DNA of 63,980 bases, the filler included, from Octopus bimaculoides (Eukaryota): assembly GCF_001194135.2 (NCBI RefSeq). It is 4 parts of 4 records of this genome, joined end to end, with 100 filler letters (N's around TTAATTAATTAA, not from the genome) between each part and the next. Parts side by side here need not be neighbours in the genome. Positions count along the whole stretch, not along the records: positions 27,913 to 46,001 come from NC_068990.1; positions 46,102 to 62,869 come from NC_068999.1; 2 more parts are not named here. One strand, written 5' to 3'. This document shows, piece after piece, positions 37,300 to 51,017 of the stretch. Under the pieces are notes generated by a model. It worked only from the letters and a program-made list of their open reading frames with translations. It ran no database searches and was not told the DNA's origin. How positions within the stretch are numbered: position 1 is the stretch's first letter; each line of letters opens with the position of its first letter. The position numbers and the translations under genes are program-made.

Positions 37300-37307
<8 letters not shown>

Positions 37308-37850
37308 GCCCTGATGCAGTACCAGGCAGTGGCTCTCATGGCTTTTGATTTTAACTGATTGGAAGTGTTGCCATGTCCATGTTTTGTTTTGGCATAAAAG
37401 ATGGGCTACAGCAAATATTCTGCTCAGTTCCACTGATTTGCTTGTCAGTTGTTTGACCTTTACCAGTTGAGTATGTTCCTTGGTGGTTGATGATATGTGC
37501 ATCTCTGATCACGAGCAGATGTAGTGGGGGAACATCATAGCCATGTGTTGAGGAGAATTCTTTGAAGTTTGGATAATTCACCTCTGGAAACATGGGTGCT
37601 TTGTTCATCATCTTTAAAACAAACCTTATTCAGGGACCTTTTGAGCAGGATGGGTTACTCAACCTGAAGAAAATTTTAACTGGGCCCCACCTGCATGATC
37701 TTGATATGAGATCACCATGTCACGCACATATGGTTGCAATGCATGTGCTTGGTGTACCCTTATCAGATGGGTAGCTATGACGGGCATACTAGGCTTTGTA
37801 TATTTGTACCCCAGTCTCACTTTGATGGCATGCACTGCTCTCTCACTGAA
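37300..37850 (+). mobile_element. Non-coding retroposon-like repeat between trinucleotide tails
   Basis: A body of about 540 bp ending gcatgcactgctctctcact(aat)n. Recognised as a repeat family; no ORF. Confidence 0.45.
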
Positions 37851-37901
37851 TAATAATAATAATGATGATGATGGTGATGATGATGACAATAATAATAATA
37901 A

Positions 37902-37932
<31 letters not shown>

Positions 37933-38585
37933 AAGAAGAAGCAGAAGAAGAAGAAGAAGAATGAAGTACTAGGAAGAAGTATGAATAAAAAAAAATGATG
38001 AGAAGATAAGAAGGAAGAAAAATTATGTTGATGAAGAAGAAGAATGAATGAATAAGAAGAAAAATGATAAAAAGGGAAGAAAAAAATGAAGTACTAGGAA
38101 GGAGTATGAATAAGAAGGAAAATAATAAGAAATAAAAAATATGAAGAAGGAGGAGGAGGAAGAGGAGGAGGAGGAGGAAAAGTTTAAAGAAGAAGAAAAA
38201 GGAAGAAGAACAACAGCATAGAAGATTTCAAAAGAAGGCCTATGAAGCAAATGATGAAGAAAAATATGAAGGAGATAATTATTATGATGAATGAAAAAGA
38301 AGAGAAAGAAAATGTATATTTGCTATATGGCTGTAAAGAAGGATGTAGATGAGGTCAGTAGTATGTGGTGGAATGGTGGTTTCGTTAGTGAAGGTGGAGA
38401 CAGTGAGGGCTTTGGGTCGAGCAGGAGAAGGAGGCTTTACAAAATAGGATGAATTCAATGAAAGTACACAGATAATATCCTATATAAATGACATTAAAAC
38501 ACTTCATGCCTCATTGAAAGCTGTTCAATTGAAGACGTTCTTATCAACATGTTTGTTGCCTGCCTGAGTTGTATATGAGTTTGTG

Positions 38586-38637
<52 letters not shown>

Positions 38638-40339
38638 CCATCAAGATGTATACATGCTGAGACAAGTCAAAGTCACTGTCAAGAAAAGGCAGTTTTTTCG
38701 GTTGTCATAACTTATAAATATTCATATTAATAGGCAGTGGAAGTTCTTTTCTGTGTGGTGGGGTAGTTCAAAGAGGACACAAAGATGAAGGAAGAGGAAG
38801 GGGGAGGAGGAGGAGGAGGAGGAGAAGAAAAAGAAGAAGAAGAAGAAGAAGAAGAAGAAGAAGAAGGTGATGATGATGAAGAAGAGGAATGAAAGAGGAA
38901 GAGAGAAAGATGATGAAGGTTTGACAATCAAAAGCATTCATTTGTAATTGAATTGAATATGATACTAGAAGATTCGACAGCTATGATGATGATGATGATG
39001 ATGATAATAATAATAATAACGACAACAGTGATGATGATGATGATGAATAAATGAAAAAAAAATATTTACCCTTGAAATTTCATCCTTAGATTTTATTTTC
39101 TATCTCTCTTTTTGGGGAGTTAGCAGTGAGTACTATCGTAAAAGGGAATGGGTTGGAGGAAGGAGAATGGAAGGAAGAATAAAAAAAAAATAAAGGTGGA
39201 AAGAAAGAATGAGAAATAAGTAAGAAAGGAAGGAAGGAAATAAGAAACGGAAGAAAGAAAAGGAAGGAGAAAGAATAAAAGTAAAGAAAGAAAGAAGGAA
39301 TGAAGGAGTTAGACAAAAGCAAAGAAAGAAATATAGCTGAAGGAATGAATAATACAAATAAATATGTGTAATAAACAACAAACAGTAAAACAAAAAAGGA
39401 AAAGAAATATTTGATATCAAAAGAACGGCAGCAAGCTTTGGTAAAGTAAAAAAAAAAACAATAAATCAGAAATTATTTTTAAAAAAGCCAAAAAAAAAAA
39501 ACAGGGCAAAGAAAAAATTTACAAATAATCATAAAAAATTCTTATAAAATAAGTCATAAAAAAAATATAAAAATATATCTTCTGAGTGAAACTGAAGATT
39601 GCACAATGGTGTTAGCCAACCTTTAGAAGTAAAGAGAGGGAGACAGAGAAAGAGAAAGAGAGGGAGGGAGGGATGGAATGAATATGAGACAGAAGGAGAG
39701 AGAGAGAGAGAGAGGAGGGAGTGGGTGTTGTAGTCAAAATAGATCTTAAAGCAAGAAGAGAGACTGATAAATTTGAAGATCTCATGATGCTGTTTGAACT
39801 GTGTATTCTGTTTTGACCATAGCTTCACCATAATCAATCTTTATCTACTCACAAGAAACAAGATAAAAAAGGATATAATATATATCAAAGAAATACTAAC
39901 ATAGAACACACATGATTTTGCTTGTTATTTATTATATTTCTGATTTCTCTTCAATCTCTTTCTTTCTTTCATTTTATTCTCTTTCATTCTCTCTTCCTTT
40001 CTATCCTCTCCTCTTTTCTTTTCATGGTTTGTATTCTTTATGATAAATAAAAAAAATAGCTTCCAGAATGGGTTTCCATACATTATGAAGAACAACTGTG
40101 TGAGAAAATGTAGTTTTTATGAGAAAGTGTGTCATATTTTCCGGAGAACAGCACTGCAAAAAATTTACATCTCAAGGGTATATATTCAGATACAAGTGTT
40201 AAATTATACACCTCTATGTTAATTTCTATATATTTCTTGTTGTCCATGCAACATATGAAAATGGCAAACTATTATTTTTAACATTTGCTATTTGTTTCAT
40301 AAGATGAGGCTTACCTTAATCTTATTGTCTGCCTATCAC

Positions 40340-40685
40340 TGAAAGTGCATTGGCTCAGTGGTTAGAGTGTCAGGCTCGCAATCATGAGGTAGTGAGTTCA
40401 GTTCCCAGACCAGGCCATGTGTTGTGTTCTGGAGCAAGACACTTTATTTCACATTGCTCCGGGTCATTCAGCTGTAAGAATGAGTTGTGATATCACTGGT
40501 GCCAAGCTGTATCGGCTTTTGCCCTTCCTTTGGATAACATCAGTGGTGTGGAGAGAGGAGGCTGGTATGCATGGGTGACTTCTGGTCTTCTATAAATAAA
40601 CTTGCCCAGACTTGTGCCTCAAAGGGTAACTTTCTAGGTGCAATCCCATGGTCATTCATGACCAAAGACAATCTTACCCTTATCC
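40340..40685 (+). mobile_element. tRNA-derived SINE (near full length)
   Basis: A box tggctcagtgg, B box gagttcagttcc; body shared with 35075. Confidence 0.8.
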
Positions 40686-40953
40686 TTTAAGTATTATTTC
40701 GTGATGTGCAAACAAATACCATGAGTTTACTGTCAGATATATTCATTAGGTTATTTTTGTATTATCCGAAATAGAATACCTGCATATCGATTAATCCCCA
40801 AAAATTGAATATTGACTTTTATCAGACACTTTGTATATTTATAGATAAATGTATAAATATACAATAAATAAGACCCCAAAATATGATATGTAGATGCATA
40901 TAACGCTGAAGGGTTGCACCTGATTGATTTGGAAATTTGTTTTCCCAAATTAC

Positions 40954-40995
<42 letters not shown>

Positions 40996-41303
40996 TTATG
41001 AGTGAAAGTGGTGTCAATTAGACCCAGAGGTTTCAGTTAATGCTGAGTAAGTGATGTGGATAGACCATAGTTAAGCTCCAGGTTCGGTGATTATGCAAAT
41101 AAGGGGTCCAACATNNNNNNNNNNNNNNNNNNNNNNNNNNNNNNNNNNNNNNNNNNNNNNNNNNNNNNNNNNNNNNNNNNNNNNNNNNNNNNNNNNNNNN
41201 NNNNNNNNNNNNNNNNNNNNNNNNNNNNNNNNNNNNNNNNNNNNNNNNNNNNNNNNNNNNNNNNNNNNNNNNNNNNNNNNNNNNNNNNNNNNNNNNNNNN
41301 NNN

Positions 41304-41470
41304 TATATATAATGGGCTTCTTTTAGTTTCCATCAACCAAATTCATTCACAAGGCTTTGGTTGGCCTAGGGTTATAATAGAAGACACTTGCCCAAGGTGC
41401 CATGCAGTGAGACTGAACCTGGAACCATGTGATTGGGAAGCAAACTTCTTGCCACACAGCCACACTTGCA
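41304..41470 (-). mobile_element. tRNA-derived SINE (family also at 44431-44600, 48022-48180 and 60213-60370)
   Basis: Minus-strand gtggctgtgtggcaagaag..ggttcagtctcactgcatggcaccttgggcaagtgtcttctattataacc. Confidence 0.8.
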
Positions 41471-42209
41471 TGAAAAAATAAAGTTGGAAAGATCATGCCT
41501 AGAATGTCTTTGATCCAAAGTATGTCTAAAACGGACTGACCTAGGGCTAAACACCAACAGCACTACTATCACTATCACCATTACCAACACAGCCACTGCT
41601 GCTGCTGCAAGCAACAACAACAACAACGACGTCATCTAACTCGTTCATGAAGAATTAAATTTTCGTTTCCTGACTATAGTTTTAATGAGATACTATACTT
41701 AATTATTTTAATTAATTTTCAATATAATGATTTTGGAGGGCAATTTTTCTTTTTTTTTTTCCTTTTTTGTTTTTGTTTTACATATTAGTTACTTTGGCTG
41801 ACTGGCAGAGATGTCAAAGCATATGAAATAATGTGTCATAGGCACAGGTGCAACTGTGCGTAGGAAGTTTTCTGCTTAACCACATAGTGGATTCGAGACT
41901 AATAGATGCCTGTTTAATATAATATATATATATATATATATATANNNNNNNNNNNNNNNNNNNNNNNNNNNNNNNNNNNNNNNNNNNNNNNNNNNNNNNN
42001 NNNNNNNNNNNNNNNNNNNNNNNNNNNNNNNNNNNNNNNNNNNNNNNNNNNNNNNNNNNNNNNNNNNNNNNNNNNNNNNNNNNNNNNNNNNNNNNNNNNN
42101 NNNNNNNNNNNNNNNNNNNNNNNNNNNNNNNNNNNNNNNNNNNNNNNNNNNNNNNNNNNNNNNNNNNNNNNNNNNNNNNNNNNNNNNNNNNNNNNNNNNN
42201 ATACACACG

Positions 42210-42240
<31 letters not shown>

Positions 42241-42415
42241 ATGTATAAATATATATGTATGTATATGTACGTCTATAGTAATAACAATAATCCATGGATG
42301 GAATTTATAAATTTATAAATATTTTAATGCTTGTGATTTGTGGAAAAGCACATAGTGATGCATTAAAATATTTATAAATTCCCTTCAAGTATTATTGTTA
42401 TTATTACTATACTTA

Positions 42416-42640
42416 AGGTGGCGAGCTGGCAGAATCGTTAGCAAGCTGGACAAAGTGCTTAGTGGTATTTCACGCTCATCCCTACATTCTGAGTTCAAAT
42501 TCCGCTGAGGTCGACTTTGCCTTTCATCCTTTCGGGGTTGATAAATTAAGTATTAGTTGCATACTGAGGTCGATCCTATCAACTATCACCCCGCCCCACA
42601 AATTTCAGGCTTCATGCCTATAGTAGAAAGGGTTATTATT
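42416..42640 (+). mobile_element. tRNA-derived SINE with cctttcatcctttcggggtcgataaa core
   Basis: A-box-like ggcgagctggcagaatcgttagc and B box gagttcaaattcc. Many further copies at 52285-60142. Confidence 0.8.
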
Positions 42641-43076
42641 ACAACACTTATCTTACATTATATTGGTACAACTTGATGCAACCCGAAAAATCTGGTTCAC
42701 TAGTCAGCATCTTTAGACTGTAGCTGGCATAATGGAATAGGAGCTCTATTTACAAATTCAAAACATTTCTTGTAAACAAATTAAATATATATATATATAA
42801 ATACACATACACACTCACAGATAGACAGATAGATAGATAGATAGATTGATACACACACACATGTGTGTGTGCACACATGTACATCATCATCATCATCAAC
42901 TAACATCCAGTTGCTGTTTCATTATCCCTTGGATAATGAAACAGCAACTTTAACATCCAACATATATCTTTATTTTTATTCTTATATTTATTTTTATACT
43001 TCCTATATCTCTCCCTTTCCAAAATAGCTTCTTATACTGAACTCTACTATTTCCTTCAATTTAACTGTCTCATATC

Positions 43077-43124
43077 GTCTCTGATGATGGGATCTCTTTT
43101 ACATCCTCGAAACAGCTGTAAGAC
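43077..43124 (+). ncRNA. Minimal type I hammerhead ribozyme motif in a PLE-type repeat
   Basis: gtct-CTGATGA-t-gggat..atcctc-GAAA-cagctg-TA-agac. Stem I gtct/agac, palindromic stem III, predicted cleavage after GUA at 43120. Confidence 0.7.
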
Positions 43125-44375
43125 TTGGGTTTGTTGTCTCATTTTATTTAACCTATAGAAGAAAATTTGTTCATCGAAAAATACAGAACGTGTCTAAATA
43201 TGAACACATGACCAACTTTGATCTCAGTACATATTTCATCTCACTACTTTAGCTTTTGAGTTTCTTGTGTATATTTATTTAACCCCACCCGAAAGATGAA
43301 CAATTACCTCCTCTGTCCCCAATAATAATGATCACCAATTACCTACCCTTAGATTTTTCTGCTTGTTGAATCATTCATTCTTAAACTTCTCCACACACAA
43401 GATGACTAAAACATTAAGAAAATACAAAATTACAATAATTTCAATGTCATGATTAGCGAAAGTGAAACCGGTTGACAAGCACAATATAAAATATATGAAA
43501 ACAATGTAAAGCGTGTGCATTTTCCTTCTTTTATTATTATTATATATATATATATATATAGTAGTAGTAATATGAGTGTGTGATAGTTTATAAACCAACA
43601 GCTACAAAGTCTATTAAACATTTAAATATGAACCTAATTACATTCTCTAATGATACATCTGAGAAGTAAATAAGTGAATTGTATTAAATTTATGACACTA
43701 AAAGAAGAAGAAGGAAAATATCTTATAATTTCCATAATTTGCTAATTCTAATTACTCATTTATTGAAAAACGTTTTTCATGCATATTATGCAAAACAATT
43801 AACACAGACTTGGGCCTTGTCTTATTTAAATAATTATGTGCACAGATAATGCCCATGCACAAAACTACAACAAATTTCAATTAGAATTAAATTAAAATTC
43901 ACAAAGCAACAGTAATTAGAATTCATAAAACAAGAATAAGGTTATCTGCTATTTAAGAAAGTTGAGTTCTGATATAACAGCTAGGGTTGAACTTTGAAGG
44001 ATATGGATATATTGATATTTAACAAGAACTCTATTGAATGGGAATAGAGGAGTCTATTCTGTTACATAATTACAAGAAATACCTGAGGAAATATTAAACA
44101 AAGAATTAATGGATGTGATTGAGTAAAAATGTATTTTGAACTGCTAATGACTTAATGGGATCATATCCTACTTCAGTTGACTTTGCTTTCATTCTCTTGT
44201 GGGGGGTCAATAAAATAAGTATATATCTACCAGTTGAATATACTGGCCTTGTGCCAAAATTTGAAATTAGTATTATACTTATATATATATACATGCATAT
44301 ATCAATTTATATATACATACACATATATATATATATACACACACACACATATATATACATACATGCATACATGTA

Positions 44376-44428
<53 letters not shown>

Positions 44429-44430
44429 AT

Positions 44431-44600
44431 AGGCGAAGGAATTGCTGTGTGGTAAGTAGCTTGCTAACGAACCACATAGTACTGGGTTCAGTCCCACTGC
44501 GTGGCACCTTGGGCAAGTGTCTTCTACTATAACCTTGGGCCAACCAAAGCCTTGTGAGTGGATTTGGTAGACGGAAACTGAAAGAAGCCCGTTGCATATA
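44431..44600 (+). mobile_element. tRNA-derived SINE
   Basis: gctgtgtggtaagtagc..gggttcagtcccactgcgtggcaccttgggcaag..gacggaaactgaaagaagcccg. Confidence 0.8.
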
Positions 44601-44851
44601 TGTGTATATATATNNNNNNNNNNNNNNNNNNNNNNNNNNNNNNNNNNNNNNNNNNNNNNNNNNNNNNNNNNNNNNNNNNNNNNNNNNNNNNNNNNNNNNN
44701 NNNNNNNNNNNNNNNNNNNNNNNNNNNNNNNNNNNNNNNNNNNNNNNNNNNNNNNNNNNNNNNNNNNNNNNNNNNNNNNNNNNNNNNNNNNNNNNNNNNN
44801 NNNNNNNNNNNNNNNNNNNNNNNNNNNNNNNNNNNNNNNNNNNNNNNNNNN

Positions 44852-44887
<36 letters not shown>

Positions 44888-45819
44888 GTATGTATGTATG
44901 TATATGAGGCTTGCATGGATGGGTGTGTTGTAGTACCAGTAGCAGTCATTTGACCAGTTATATATAACAGTACCTATCACCTTTGAGGTGTATATATTTT
45001 TTCTGGTGATAGGAAGGACATCCAGTGGTAGAAAATCTGCCTGAGCAAACTCCAACTAACCCACACAGACATAGAAAAGTGAACATTAAAACAATGACGA
45101 TGAAGATGATTGTGATGTTGATGATGATGACGATGATGATGATGTGTGTGTGCATGTGTGTTTGTTTTTATGTGTGTGTGTGTGTTCTATATTTATGAAT
45201 ACCAATGTAAACCAGTGTAGCAAATAGTGTTCTTTTATGTCAAAAAATCATAAATTCAATACATAAACAAACCAGGATCAATAAACGTAGTAAATACCAG
45301 ACTGAAATATATACCTTCATCAATATAATCACTAAAATCACCATTTCAAGGTAGGAGCCCAGCATGGTTACAGTCAAATGACTGAATCCAGAAACAGAAT
45401 AGCTAATACAAAAGAATCCAACAGAAGATTCCACATGGAAGCCACTTTATCACTTATACATTCCCTCTTCCACTTAACCTATGAAATGTAATGATGGCCT
45501 CACTTGCATTGAGATTGTTAGCTTGAATGTCTGTTAACACATGAATACTTGCCTTAACTTAATTCCACATCTCTGAAGATGTTTGTTAATTTGATGGTTA
45601 AGATCACAGCTAATCTTTCCCATTCTGCTTCTCTTAACATTAGAAAAGCAATACAGTTCTTTCCTGTATTAAGCAATCAGCAGAATGGCTCAACATTTAA
45701 GTGGTTAATAGATTATTTCTCTGATCTTTAGTTAAATATGTATAAATACATACACATGCATGATGCATGTTTTGACACACAGGGACATATGTATGTGTGT
45801 GTATGTGTGCTATATAGTC

Positions 45820-45862
<43 letters not shown>

Positions 45863-46795
45863 TATATCAATATGTTTATTATATTATCTATAGAATATAA
45901 TGTACATGTAAGTATTTAATAAGTATGTATGTATATATCTATTTATAACCAACAATAGCAAGCATAGTTAAGATAAGGTTTATATATATATATATATATA
46001 TNNNNNNNNNNNNNNNNNNNNNNNNNNNNNNNNNNNNNNNNNNNNTTAATTAATTAANNNNNNNNNNNNNNNNNNNNNNNNNNNNNNNNNNNNNNNNNNN
46101 NTATATATATATATATATATATGAATGCGTGCAGTGTGTATATGCCTGTATGTATATGCGAGTGTATATGCATAATTGTGTGCGTGTGTGTATGCGCAGT
46201 TTTGTGTACTAATGTGAGGCTTACATTTCCAAACAGACTCATGCACAGAGGTTCTTCTGTATTATGGCTGTTTGATGTAAACGTTAGACGAGATTAATTA
46301 GAATGGAATGTGAATTTCAAATATCTCCCGCCTCCTTCTACCCTCTTACCATCTCTCTCGCTCTCTCTCTCTTTGTCTGGCCGTCTCTGTGTATCTGCCT
46401 GTCTCTCTCTTTTTCTTTCCCCCTCTCCCTCTCTCTCTCACTCTCTCTCTCTTGGTGTATGCATGTATGCGTGTTTATGTTTGAATGTATGTATATCTAT
46501 TTGGATATATTTAAATAACACAGACAAACAAGCTATTTGAATGCATGTAGTGTATACAAGCGCGCGCGCACACACACACACGCTCACATACATATATTTA
46601 TACATATATGTAGAAGTGTGTGTGTGTGTGTGTAGCAGAGATAGAGAAGCTGTAAGTTCGAAAAGGAAGGGAGAAAGAGGAGGAGGGAGAGTTCTTTTTG
46701 TGGTTGTTAATGTGGATATTAACATGGGTGAATGACAGAATAGAATTTGTTACTTTAGGAACAAACAATAATGACTGACTAGTGTCTTGTACATG

Positions 46796-46843
<48 letters not shown>

Positions 46844-47869
46844 TTTGTATATATATATACACGGATAAACGTACATATATACACATTTATGCATGCATAT
46901 ATGTGTGTGTATAAGTATGTATATACATATATATNNNNNNNNNNNNNNNNNNNNNNNNNNNNNNNNNNNNNNNNNNNNNNNNNNNNNNNNNNNNNNNNNN
47001 NNNNNNNNNNNNNNNNNNNNNNNNNNNNNNNNNNNNNNNNNNNNNNNNNNNNNNNNNNNNNNNNNNNNNNNNNNNNNNNNNNNNNNNNNNNNNNNNNNNN
47101 NNNNNNNNNNNNNNNNNNNNNNNNNNNNNNNNNNNNNNNNNNNNNNNNNNNNNNNNNNNNNNNNNNNNNNNNNNNNNNNNNNNNNNNNNNNNNNNNNNNN
47201 NNNNNNNNNNNNNNNNNNNNNNNNNNNNNNNNNNNNNNNNNNNNNNNNNNNNNNNNNNNNNNNNNNNNNNNNNNNNNNNNNNNNNNNNNNNNNNNNNNNN
47301 NNNNNNNNNNNNNNNNNNNNNNNNNNNNNNNNNNNNNNNNNNNNNNNNNNNNNNNNNNNNNNNNNNNNNNNNNNNNNNNNNNNNNNNNNNNNNNNNNNNN
47401 NNNNNNNNNNNNNNNNNNNNNNNNNNNNNNNNNNNNNNNNNNNNNNNNNNNNNNNNNNNNNNNNNNNNNNNNNNNNNNNNNNNNNNNNNNNNNNNNNNNN
47501 NNNNNNNNNNNNNNNNNNNNNNNNNNNNNNNNNNNNNNNNNNNNNNNNNNNNNNNNNNNNNNNNNNNNNNNNNNNNNNNNNNNNNNNNNNNNNNNNNNNN
47601 NNNNNNNNNNNNNNNNNNNNNNNNNNNNNNNNNNNNNNNNNNNNNNNNNNNNNNNNNNNNNNNNNNNNNNNNNNNNNNNNNTATATATATATATATGAGT
47701 ATACATTTGTGTTGGTATATTTGTGTGATTAAGAACTTCGTTTTGTGGCTATGTATTTTGGGGTCCAGGTACATTACGCAGCACTTTGACCGACTAGTGT
47801 CCTCTAATATACCTCCCAACTCGCCTTGCGAGTGTATCTGCTTGACGGTAGCAGTGTTGTAGGACCCCA

Positions 47870-47903
<34 letters not shown>

Positions 47904-48176
47904 TGTGTGCACGCGTGCGCGTTTATTTACGCGTACGCCTTATAAGAAATCCAAATATTAAGCACCGTGTCCATTCAGAGGTTTTGCATCCAGAACACAC
48001 TTTGTGTACCTAAAACATTCAGGCGTGACTGTGGGTAAGATGCTTGCTTCACAACAACATTCTTTCGGGTTCAATCCCACTGCGCGGTACCTTGGGGAAT
48101 TGTCTTGAGCTATAGCCTCGGGTCGACCAAAGCCTTGTAAGTGGATTTGATAGACGGAAACAGAAAGAAACCCGTA

Positions 48177-48241
<65 letters not shown>

Positions 48242-49153
48242 TGTGTATGTGTGTGTGAGTCTGTGTGTTTGTCCTCCACTACCGCTTAACAACCGGCGTT
48301 GGTGTGTTTATGCCCCCGTTGGCGGTTCGGCAAAAGTTACCGATAGTATAAGGCTTTAAAAAATAAAAAATAAATAAGTACTGGGGTCAATTTATTCGAC
48401 TAAGAATTAAAGGTGGTGCCCCAACATGGCCGCAGTCTATTGACTGAAACAGATTAACGATAAAAGATGCTGTTTCCCTAGAATGTTTAAGCAGTATGTC
48501 TGTGCACTCAGAATTAGCAAACAAATATGGTGCTGAGACCATTCAGACATTTTGTACCCAAGACTTTCCCACATTGCCTCCCCAAAACATTGAGCCAGGT
48601 ACCCTGGACATTCACATGTTGCGTAGCCAGGCCATTCTCACATTTTGTACCTAGGACACCCGCGTATTGTTTATACACGAGGTATTTAGACAGTACTCGT
48701 CTTGGCCATTCACACATTATGTACCCAGGTCTATATGTTCTATGATTTCAAGAGAAAAGAGATTTGGTGGAGATTTCGGTGTTAATTCCAGTAGGCTGAA
48801 TTATCATATATGGTGCCTTCTTTGGTTGAAGGGTGAGTAGCCATACACTTGAGGGATTTTTTGTTAAAGGGTTTAGCTTCCTTCCCTAGATTTGTTTCTG
48901 AGAAGACATTTACTCTTTAATCACCGTTATGTTTCCGTCGTAATAGAATAGACATAATACGAAATAAGAATCGAAGCTGGATTACTAATTCTGTTTAACT
49001 AAAGCTTATTTTCATTATAAAATATTCACTACACTGCTGTCTTAGTAAAGAAATTTAAAAAAAAAGCCACGTTGAATAATGTTAGTCCAAGATAAAACGA
49101 AAACATCAGTATTGGAAGTCTTCGATCACAAGTGTGCTAGTGGATTTTGAAAC

Positions 49154-49159
<6 letters not shown>

Positions 49160-49242
<83 letters not shown>

Positions 49243-49262
49243 AACAACAACAACAACAACGA
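49160..49262 (+). repeat. (CAA)n microsatellite
   Basis: Directly visible, about 33 units. Confidence 0.95.
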
Positions 49263-49540
49263 TAATAGCAATTGCATCAACATAAGCTACAAGAGCAGCA
49301 TCAACAGCATCAATTTTCGTATTTAGTGGTCATCATATTTCTGGGAAAGGTAGACAGGATAATCTGGAACACACTCACCAAAAACCATTATACAGGAAAG
49401 AGCCAAGTAATATATTACCAAAATAAATGTGGGAGACCACTACATGACTTTTGGAGAGACAAAAGTAACAGCTAAGTCTTCTACACATAACACCCAGCTT
49501 TCATATATATATATATATATATCTATATATATATATATAT

Positions 49541-49665
49541 ATATAGCCTGAACAGTATAAACTACCCCTATTTTGTAGAAAAAGGAGATGTGAGTTCGAG
49601 TCCACAGCTAACCACCTACACTTTTTTCTGCAAAATAGGGGTAGTTTAGCCTGTTCAGGCTATAT
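49541..49665. mobile_element. Miniature inverted-repeat element (about 125 bp) with a B-box-like motif in the loop
   Basis: Arms atatagcctgaacag..taaactacccctattttg(t/c)agaaaaa and its reverse complement; loop GTTCGAGTCC at 49594-49603. Confidence 0.55.
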
Positions 49666-50042
49666 TATTAGCATTATCCTGCGCTTGAGAATTTAAAATC
49701 ACTTTAACTTTCTAAGACATCTCAACGCTTCGAAAAGCAAACTTCGTTTGTTTGTTTACGTTTGTNNNNNNNNNNNNNNNNNNNNNNNNNNNNNNNNNNN
49801 NNNNNNNNNNNNNNNNNNNNNNNNNNNNNNNNNNNNNNNNNNNNNNNNNNNNNNNNNNNNNNNNNNNNNNNNNNNNNNNNNNNNNNNNNNNNNNNNNNNN
49901 NNNNNNNNNNNNNNNNNNNNNNNNNNNNNNNNNNNNNNNNNNNNNNNNNNNNNNNNNNNNNNNNNNNNNNNNNNNNNNNNNNNNNNNNNNNNNNNNNNNN
50001 NNNNNNNNNNNNNNNNNNNNNNNNNNNNNNNNNNNNNNNNNN

Positions 50043-50087
<45 letters not shown>

Positions 50088-50970
50088 ATATATGTATATA
50101 TATAAATGTATGTGTATATATATATGTATATGTATGTGTGTGTGTGCGTGTGTGTGTGTGTGTGCATGTGTGTGTGTGTGTATCCTTCAGCTAATAATTA
50201 AGACGTCTACATGTTAGATACATTTCTTTAGATAGATTTGCTTGAAATAGCAGCCAGACAAGTATCCTTCAAATCACTCTTTAATGTCCTTCAAGCTGAT
50301 ACATTGAGTCTTTTATCCGGAGTACGTTGTGACTTCACTGGAAGAGTGATAAGACATGATGGTCAATGATGGAATGTCTTTGATCAAGGAAGATCTGCTA
50401 CAGTAAGACTAAGTTCAAAACAACAATAACAGCAACAATAAAATTTTCTTAAACTAAATAAATGAATAAATATAAGCTGAAATGGTTCATGGTAGTTTCA
50501 GTCACTGGACTACGGTCATGCTGGAGCACCCCTTCGAAAGCTTTAGTCGAACAAATCGACCCCGGTACTTATTTTATTTTAATGTCTAAGTTTGCTCCCT
50601 AGATCGAAGGCGGGAAAGAAATGTAGTGATATGCATCTGGAAAATTACAGAAGGATTTGTACCAAACTTTGCCGGGAGTTCCGGATGAACCTACCTCGCG
50701 GCAGGTAACGCAAATGAGGGCAGTAGCCTCAAACTGCCCCATTCACCAAATGTCACATATCAGAGGAGGTTTCAATTAATGAAAATATAACAAAACTAAC
50801 GATGGTGCCCTAGTACAGCCACTGCTCTCGAGCTTAAACTAGTAAAAGAATTATTCTATTGGTTTCCTTTGCTGAACCAATTATTCTCGGGGACGTAAAC
50901 AAACAATGCCGGTTGTCAAGCAGAGCTGCGGACAAACACAAACACAAACACACAGACACACGCACGCACG

Positions 50971-51017
<47 letters not shown>

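Noticed and set aside
45504-45530. Possible 27-nt minus-strand microexon (acag|..|gtgagg)
   Set aside because: Weak pyrimidine tract; such matches are expected by chance in 64 kb.
48539-48729. CRISPR array
   Set aside because: Eukaryotic context, divergent repeats, unequal spacers and no cas genes.
50670-50750. acctacctcgcggcaggt region resembling an HDV-like ribozyme L3/P3
   Set aside because: P1, P1.1 and a J4/2 with the catalytic C could not be assembled.
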